The notes under the pieces were generated by a model, which was given only the letters and a program-made list of their open reading frames with translations, did not search any database and was not told the DNA's origin. Both the position numbers and the translations under genes were made by a program. Shown piece after piece: positions 58,001-64,000 of a stretch of 64,000 nucleotides of DNA. Source of the DNA: the human T2T-CHM13v2.0 reference genome, Homo sapiens. Each line of letters begins with the position of its first letter. Position 1 is the stretch's first letter. Location of the stretch: the NCBI RefSeq assembly GCF_009914755.1, contig NC_060940.1; one strand, 5' to 3'.

Positions 58001-61000
58001 GATGATGATTCCATTCGATTCCATTCGATGATTCCATTTGATTCCATTCGACGGTGACCAATTCGATTCAATTCCATGATGATTCTATTTGATTCAATTA
58101 GATGATGTTTCCATTCGAATCCATTCCATGATTATTCCATTGGAATCCATTCGGCGATGATTCCATATGAGTCAATTCAATGATGATTCCATATGGGTCC
58201 GTTCGATGATAATTCCATTTGATTTCATTCGATGCTTCTATTCAATTCCAGTTGATGATGATTCCGTTGGAGTCCATACGATGATTCCATTTGATTTCAT
58301 TTGATGATGATTCCATTCGATTCCATTCGATGATGATTACATTGGATTCCATTCTATGATTCCATTCAATTCCATTCGTTGATGATTCGATTCCATTCAA
58401 TGATGATTCCATTTGAGTTCATTCGATGATTCTATTCGATTCCGTTCGATGGTGATTCAATTCTATTATATTGGATGATTCCACTCGATTCCATTTGATG
58501 ATTATTCCATTGGAGTCCACTTAGTGAATCCTTTAGATTCTACTCGACGATGATTCCATTCGAGTCCATTCGATGATACCATTCAATTCCATTCGTTGAT
58601 GCGTCCATTCAAGTGCATTCGATGATATCATTCGATTCCATTTGATGATAATTCCATTTGATTCCATGCGATGATTCTATTCGATTCCATTCAATGATAA
58701 TTCCATTCAATTCAGTGATTCCTCTGGACTCCATTTGATGATGATTCCATTCAATGATTCCATTCGATTCTATTCGAAAATGATTCCATTTGAATCCATT
58801 TGATGATGATTCCATTAGATTCCATTTGATGATTCTATTCGATTCCATTCGACGATGATTCCATTCGATTCCATTTGATGATTCCATTCTATTCTATTCG
58901 ATGATGATTCCATTTGATTCCATTCGATGATGATTGGATTCGATTCCATTTGATGATTTCATTTGATTCCATTCGATAATGATTTTGATCAATTCCATTC
59001 GATGATTCCATTCGATTCCATTCGATAATGATTACATCCGAGTCCATTCGATGATTCCATTTGAGCCCGTTCGATAATTCCATTTGAGTCCAATCAATGA
59101 TTGCATTCATTTCCATTCAATGATTCCATTCGAGTCCATTTGATCATTCCGGTAGGGTCCGTTCGATGTTGATTCCATTGGAGTGCATTCGATGTTTCCA
59201 TTCGAGTCCAATTTATGATTTGGTTCGAGTCCTTTCGATGATTCCATTCGATTCCACTCGATGATGATTTCATTCGAGTCCATTCGACACTTCCAATCGA
59301 TTCCATTTGATGTTTCCTTTCGAGTCCAATTGATGATTCCATTCAATTCCATTCGATGATGATTCCGTACGATTCCACTCTGTGATGATTCCAAGTGATT
59401 GCATTCAATGATGATTCCTTTCGATTGCATTCGATTATGATTCATTTCGTGTTCATTCTATGGTTCCACAGGTTTCCATTCGTGTCCATTCCATTATTCC
59501 ATTCTATTCCATTTGATGATGATTCCATTCGATTCCATTCATTGGTGATTCCACTCAATTCCATTCAATGATTCCATTCCATTTCTTTCAACAATGATTC
59601 CATTAGTTTCTAATCGATGATCCACTTGATTCCATTTGACGACGATTCCATTCTTGTCCATTCGATGATTCCATTTGATTCCATATGATGATGATTCCAT
59701 TCGATTCCATACCATGATGATTCCATTCGAGTCCATTCAATGGTGATTCCATTCAATTCCATTCGATGATTCCTTTCGATTCCATTCAATGATGATGGCA
59801 TTCGATTCCTTTCAATCATTCCCTTTGATTCCATTCAAAGGTGATTTCATTCAAGTCCATTCGATAATTGCATTCGATTCCATTCTATGATGATTCCATT
59901 CGAGTCCATTTGATGATTCCATTCAATTCAAGTCAATGATGATTCCATTCAATTCCATTCGATGATTCCATTGGATTCCATTCGATGATGATTCCATTCA
60001 AATCCATTCGATAATTCAATTCAAGTCCATTCGATGATGATTCCAATCGAATCCATTCAAAGATTCCATTCTGTTCCATTCGATGATTCCCTTAGATTCC
60101 ATTCGATGATTCCACTTGATTGCATTTACGATGATTCCATTCGATTCCATGTGATGATTCCATTCAATTCTATTCAATGATGTCTCCATTTGATTCCATT
60201 CGACCATGATTGCCTTTGATTCCATTCAATGATTCCATTCGGTTCCGTTTGATGATGATTCCGTTCGATTCCATTTGATGATTCCATTTGATTCCATTGG
60301 ATGAGTCCATTCGATTACATTCGATGATTATTCCATTCGAGTGCATTAGATGATTCCATTCGAGTCCATTCGATGATTCCATTCGATTCCATTCGATGTT
60401 GATTCTGTTCAAATCCATTCGATGATTCCACTCGATTCCATTCGTTGACTCCATTTGATCCCATTTGATGATTTCCTTTGATTCCCTTTGATGATCATTC
60501 CATTTGATTCAATTCGGTGATTTCATTTGATTCCATTCAGTGATGTTTCCATTCGACTCCATTCGATGATGATTCCATTCGACTCCATTCGATTATGATT
60601 TCATTCAATTCCATTCGATAATGATTCCCTTCGAGTCCATTCGATGATTCCATTCGATTCCATTCAACGATGATTTGATTCGTGTCCATTCGATGATTCC
60701 ATTTGATTCCACTTGACGATGATTCCATTCGAGTCCATTTGATGATTCAATTCAATTCCATACTCCGATGATTTCTTTTGAGCCCACTCAATGCTTCCAC
60801 TCGATTCCATATGATGATGACTCCATTCGATGAAATTCGATGATGATTCCATTCGCTTGCTTTCGATGATGATTCCACTTGAGTCCGTTAGAAGATTCTA
60901 TTCAATTACATTCCATGACGATTCCGTTCGAGTCCATTTGATGATTCCATTAGACTCCATTCGACGATGATTCCATTCGATGTTATTCCATGATTCCATT

Positions 61001-61171
61001 CGATCTCATTCGATGATGATTCCATTCAACTCCATTCGATGTTTCCATTCGAGTTCATTCTATTATTCCATTAGATTCCATTCGATGATGATTCCATTCG
61101 ATTCCATTTGATGATTGCATTCTATTTCATTTGATGATGATTCCATTCGAGTCCACTCGATGATTCCATTC
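55050..61171 (+). repeat. 6.1-kb HSat2 unit 10 (6122 bp; type B, apparently near-identical to unit 9)
   Basis: Landmark at 55050 and 61172; extra decamer at 58311-58330; ORF-track translations match those of unit 9 at +6122. Confidence 0.93.
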
Positions 61172-64000
61172 GAGTCCATTTAATGAATCCATTGGTTTCA
61201 ATTCTATGATGATTACATTGGATTCCATTCGTTGATGAATTCATTCGGCTCCATTCAATGATGATTCCATTCAATTCCTTTCAATGTTTCCATTCAATTC
61301 CATACGATGATGATTCCATTTGATTTGATTCGACAGTGAGCCATTCGATTCAATTCCATGATGATTCTATTTGATTCAATTGGTTGACATTTCCATTCGA
61401 TTCCATTCGATGATGATTCCCTTTGATTCCGTTCAAAGATGATTCCATTCTAGCCCATTCAATCATTCCATTCGATTCTATTCAATGATGATTCCATTCA
61501 TGTCGATTTGGTGATTCCATTTGACTTCATTTGATGATGATTCCTTTCAAGTTCATTAGATGATTCCATTCGATTCCATTTGATGATGATCCCATTCGAG
61601 TCCATTCAGTGATTCCATTCGTTTCCATTCCATGATGATTCCATTCCTTTCCATTCAATGATTCCATTCGATTCCGTTTGATGATGATTTCATTCGAGTC
61701 CATTTGATGATTCCATTTGATTCCATTCGATGATGATTCCATTCGAGTCCATTCGATGATTCTATTCGAATCCATTTGATGATTTCTTTTGATTATATTT
61801 GGTGATGATTCCATTGGAGTCCATTCAATGATTCCATTCGATTCCAATTGATGATGATTCCATTAGAGTCCATTTAATGATTCCATTTGATTCCAGTCTC
61901 TGATGATTACATTCGAGTCCATACGATGATTCCACTCAATTCCATATGATGATGATTCCATTCGATTCCATTCGATGATTCCATTCTATTCTATTCAATG
62001 GTGATTCCATTCGAGTACATTAGATGATTCCATTCGATTCCATTCAATGATGATTCTATTTGTGTCCCTTAGATGATTCCACATGATTCCATTAGATGAT
62101 GATACTATTTGAGCCCATCCAATGATTCCCTTCGATTCCATTCGATGAGGATTCCATTCGATTCAATTCATTGGTGATTCTATTCAATTCAATTCTTTGA
62201 TTCCATTCCATTCCATTCGACAATGATTCCATTCGATTTCTTTCGATGATTCCACTCGATTCCACTTGACATTGATTCCATTCGATTCCATTCAATGATT
62301 CCATTTGATTCCAGTGGATGATGATTGCCATCGATTCCATTCGATCACTCCATTCTATTCCATTTGATGATGATTACATTCGATTCCATTTGATGATTCC
62401 ATCTGATTCTATTCGAGGATTCCATTTGATTCCATTCGATGATGATTCCATTCGAGTCCATTCGATGATTTCATTCGAGTACATCCAATGATTCCATTCG
62501 TGTCCATTTGATGATTCCATTTGTTTCCATTTGATTATGATTCTACTAGAGTCCATTCAATGACTCCATTCGAGTGCATTCAACAATTCCATTCGACTCC
62601 ATTCGATGATTGCATTCGATTCCATTTGATGATTCCATTCGAGTCCATTTAATCATTACAGTCGAGTCCATTTGGTGATTCCACTGGATTTCTTTTGATA
62701 ATGATACCATTCCATTACATTTGATGATGATCCCATTCAATTTCATTTGATGATGATTCCCTTAGAGTCCATTCGATGATTTCATTCGAGTCCTTTCATT
62801 GATTCCATCCGATTTCATTTGATGATGACTCCATTCGAGTCCATTCGATGATTCCACTCGATTCCATTAGAGTCCATTTCATTGTTCCATTCGATTCCAT
62901 TCGATTCCTTTCGAAGATTATTCCATTTGAGTCCATTCGATGATGATTACATTCCATTCCATTCGATGATTCCATTTGATTCCATTTGATGATTCCCTTC
63001 GATTCCTTTCTTTGATGACTGCATTCCATTCCATTCAATGTTTCCATTCGAATCTATTCCATGATGATTCCTTTCGATTCCATTCGCTGATGTTTCCGTT
63101 CAATTCCATTCGATGATGATTCCATTCGATTCCATTCATTGAGGATTCCATTTGATTCCATTCAATGATGATTCCCTTCTATTCCATTCAATGATTGCAT
63201 TCAATTCCATTCAATGATTATCCCATTAGAGTAAACTCAACGATTCCATTCAATACCATTCGATGATGATTCCTTTTGAGTTCATTCAATGATTTCATTC
63301 AAGTCCATTTGATGATTCCTTTCAATTCCATTCTATGATGATTCCATTCGAGTCCATTCGATGATTCCATTCGATTGCATTCCATGATTCCATTATATTC
63401 CATTCAACGGTGATTCCATTCGAGTCCATTCGATGATTCCATTAGAGTACATTTAATGATTGCTTTGTTTTCAATTCGAAGATGATTACATTCGATTCCA
63501 TTCTATGATACCATTCGATTCCATTCAATGATGATTCCACTCAAATCCATTGGATGATTCCATTCGTGTCCATTCGGTGATTTCATTAGATTCCATTCGA
63601 GGATGATTCCTTTCGATTCCATTCGATGATTCCATTCAATTCCATTCGATGATGATTCCATTCGAGTCCATATGATCATTCCATTTGATTTCATTCGATG
63701 ATGATTCCATTCGATTCCATTCGATGATTCCATTCTATTCCTTTCGATGATGATTCCATTCGAGTCCATTCGATGATTCCATTCGAGTCCATTTAATGAT
63801 TCCATTGGGTTCAATTCGATGATGATTACATTGGATTCCGTTCTATGATTCCATTCAATTCCGTTCATTGACAATTTGATTCCATTCGATGATGATTCCA
63901 TTTGAGTTCATTCGATGATTCTATTCGATTCTCTTCGATGGTGATTCAATTATATTATATTGGATGATGCCATTCGATTCCATTTGATGTTGATTCAATT
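61172..64000 (+). repeat. 6.1-kb HSat2 unit 11 (partial; type B with a private 13-bp deletion)
   Basis: Landmark at 61172, runs off the window end; deletion at ~62870 shifts downstream homologous ORFs by 6109 instead of 6122 (57394 to 63503). Confidence 0.92.

Larger units (their letters stand above)
1..64000 (+). repeat. Human Satellite II (HSat2/HSATII) tandem array, CATTC-rich strand on +; probably the HSat2B subfamily (chr16 pericentromere-type, ~6.1-kb unit)
   Basis: Continuous ATTCCATTCG/GAGTCCATTC decamers with GAT/GATGAT spacers (e.g. GATGATTCCATTCGAGTCCATTCGATGATTCC) from the first to the last base. The CATTCGATGAT signature distinguishes HSat2 from simple (CATTC)n HSat3. No strand switch or unique sequence seen. 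The subfamily/chromosome assignment rests on the 6.1-kb period only. Confidence 0.97.

Noticed and set aside
394-63901. Minus-strand ORFs as a repetitive protein family or operon repeated every 6.1 kb
   Set aside because: They are translations of (GAATG)-derived satellite with no domain-like content, the same peptide motifs appear in all three frames, and frames are freely broken by SNVs and indels between copies.
1-64000. CRISPR-like array (23-26-bp repeats)
   Set aside because: No unique spacers: the sequence between repeats is the same degenerate satellite. No leader or cas genes.
1-64000. Embedded mobile element, inversion or unique island hidden in the array
   Set aside because: Unit lengths are fully accounted for by small indels, ORF polarity never flips, and I saw no GAATG-strand segment, poly-A tail or Alu/L1-like sequence.
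1-64000. Classification as HSat3 or alpha satellite
   Set aside because: Pure CATTC runs are at most about three copies and CATTCGATGAT dominates, which is HSat2; there is no 171-bp monomer.

Overview
The whole 64-kb window is one uninterrupted, single-orientation array of human Satellite II (HSat2/HSATII), a diverged (CATTC)n-derived satellite built from ATTCCATTCG / GAGTCCATTC decamers separated by GAT or GATGAT (23- and 26-bp subunits). It is organised as a ~6.1-kb higher-order repeat with 10 complete copies and one partial copy. With the phase set at GAGTCCATTTAATGAATCC, the copies start at 1, 6108, 12220, 18358, 24470, 30592, 36704, 42816, 48928, 55050 and 61172, and the complete copies are 6107, 6112, 6138, 6112, 6122, 6112, 6112, 6112, 6122 and 6122 bp long. 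A ~6.1-kb period is characteristic of the HSat2B array in the chromosome 16 pericentromeric heterochromatin (established knowledge; not confirmed by alignment here). I see no genes, RNA genes, transposons or CRISPR arrays, and all listed ORFs are artefacts of translating the GAATG-rich strand. I found no evidence for a novel biological system. The interesting signal is the evolutionary structure of the array: two unit haplotypes, chimeric units, a recent ~3x local amplification, fine-scale mosaicism, subunit-sized indels and older internal duplications within the unit. All comparisons were made by eye.
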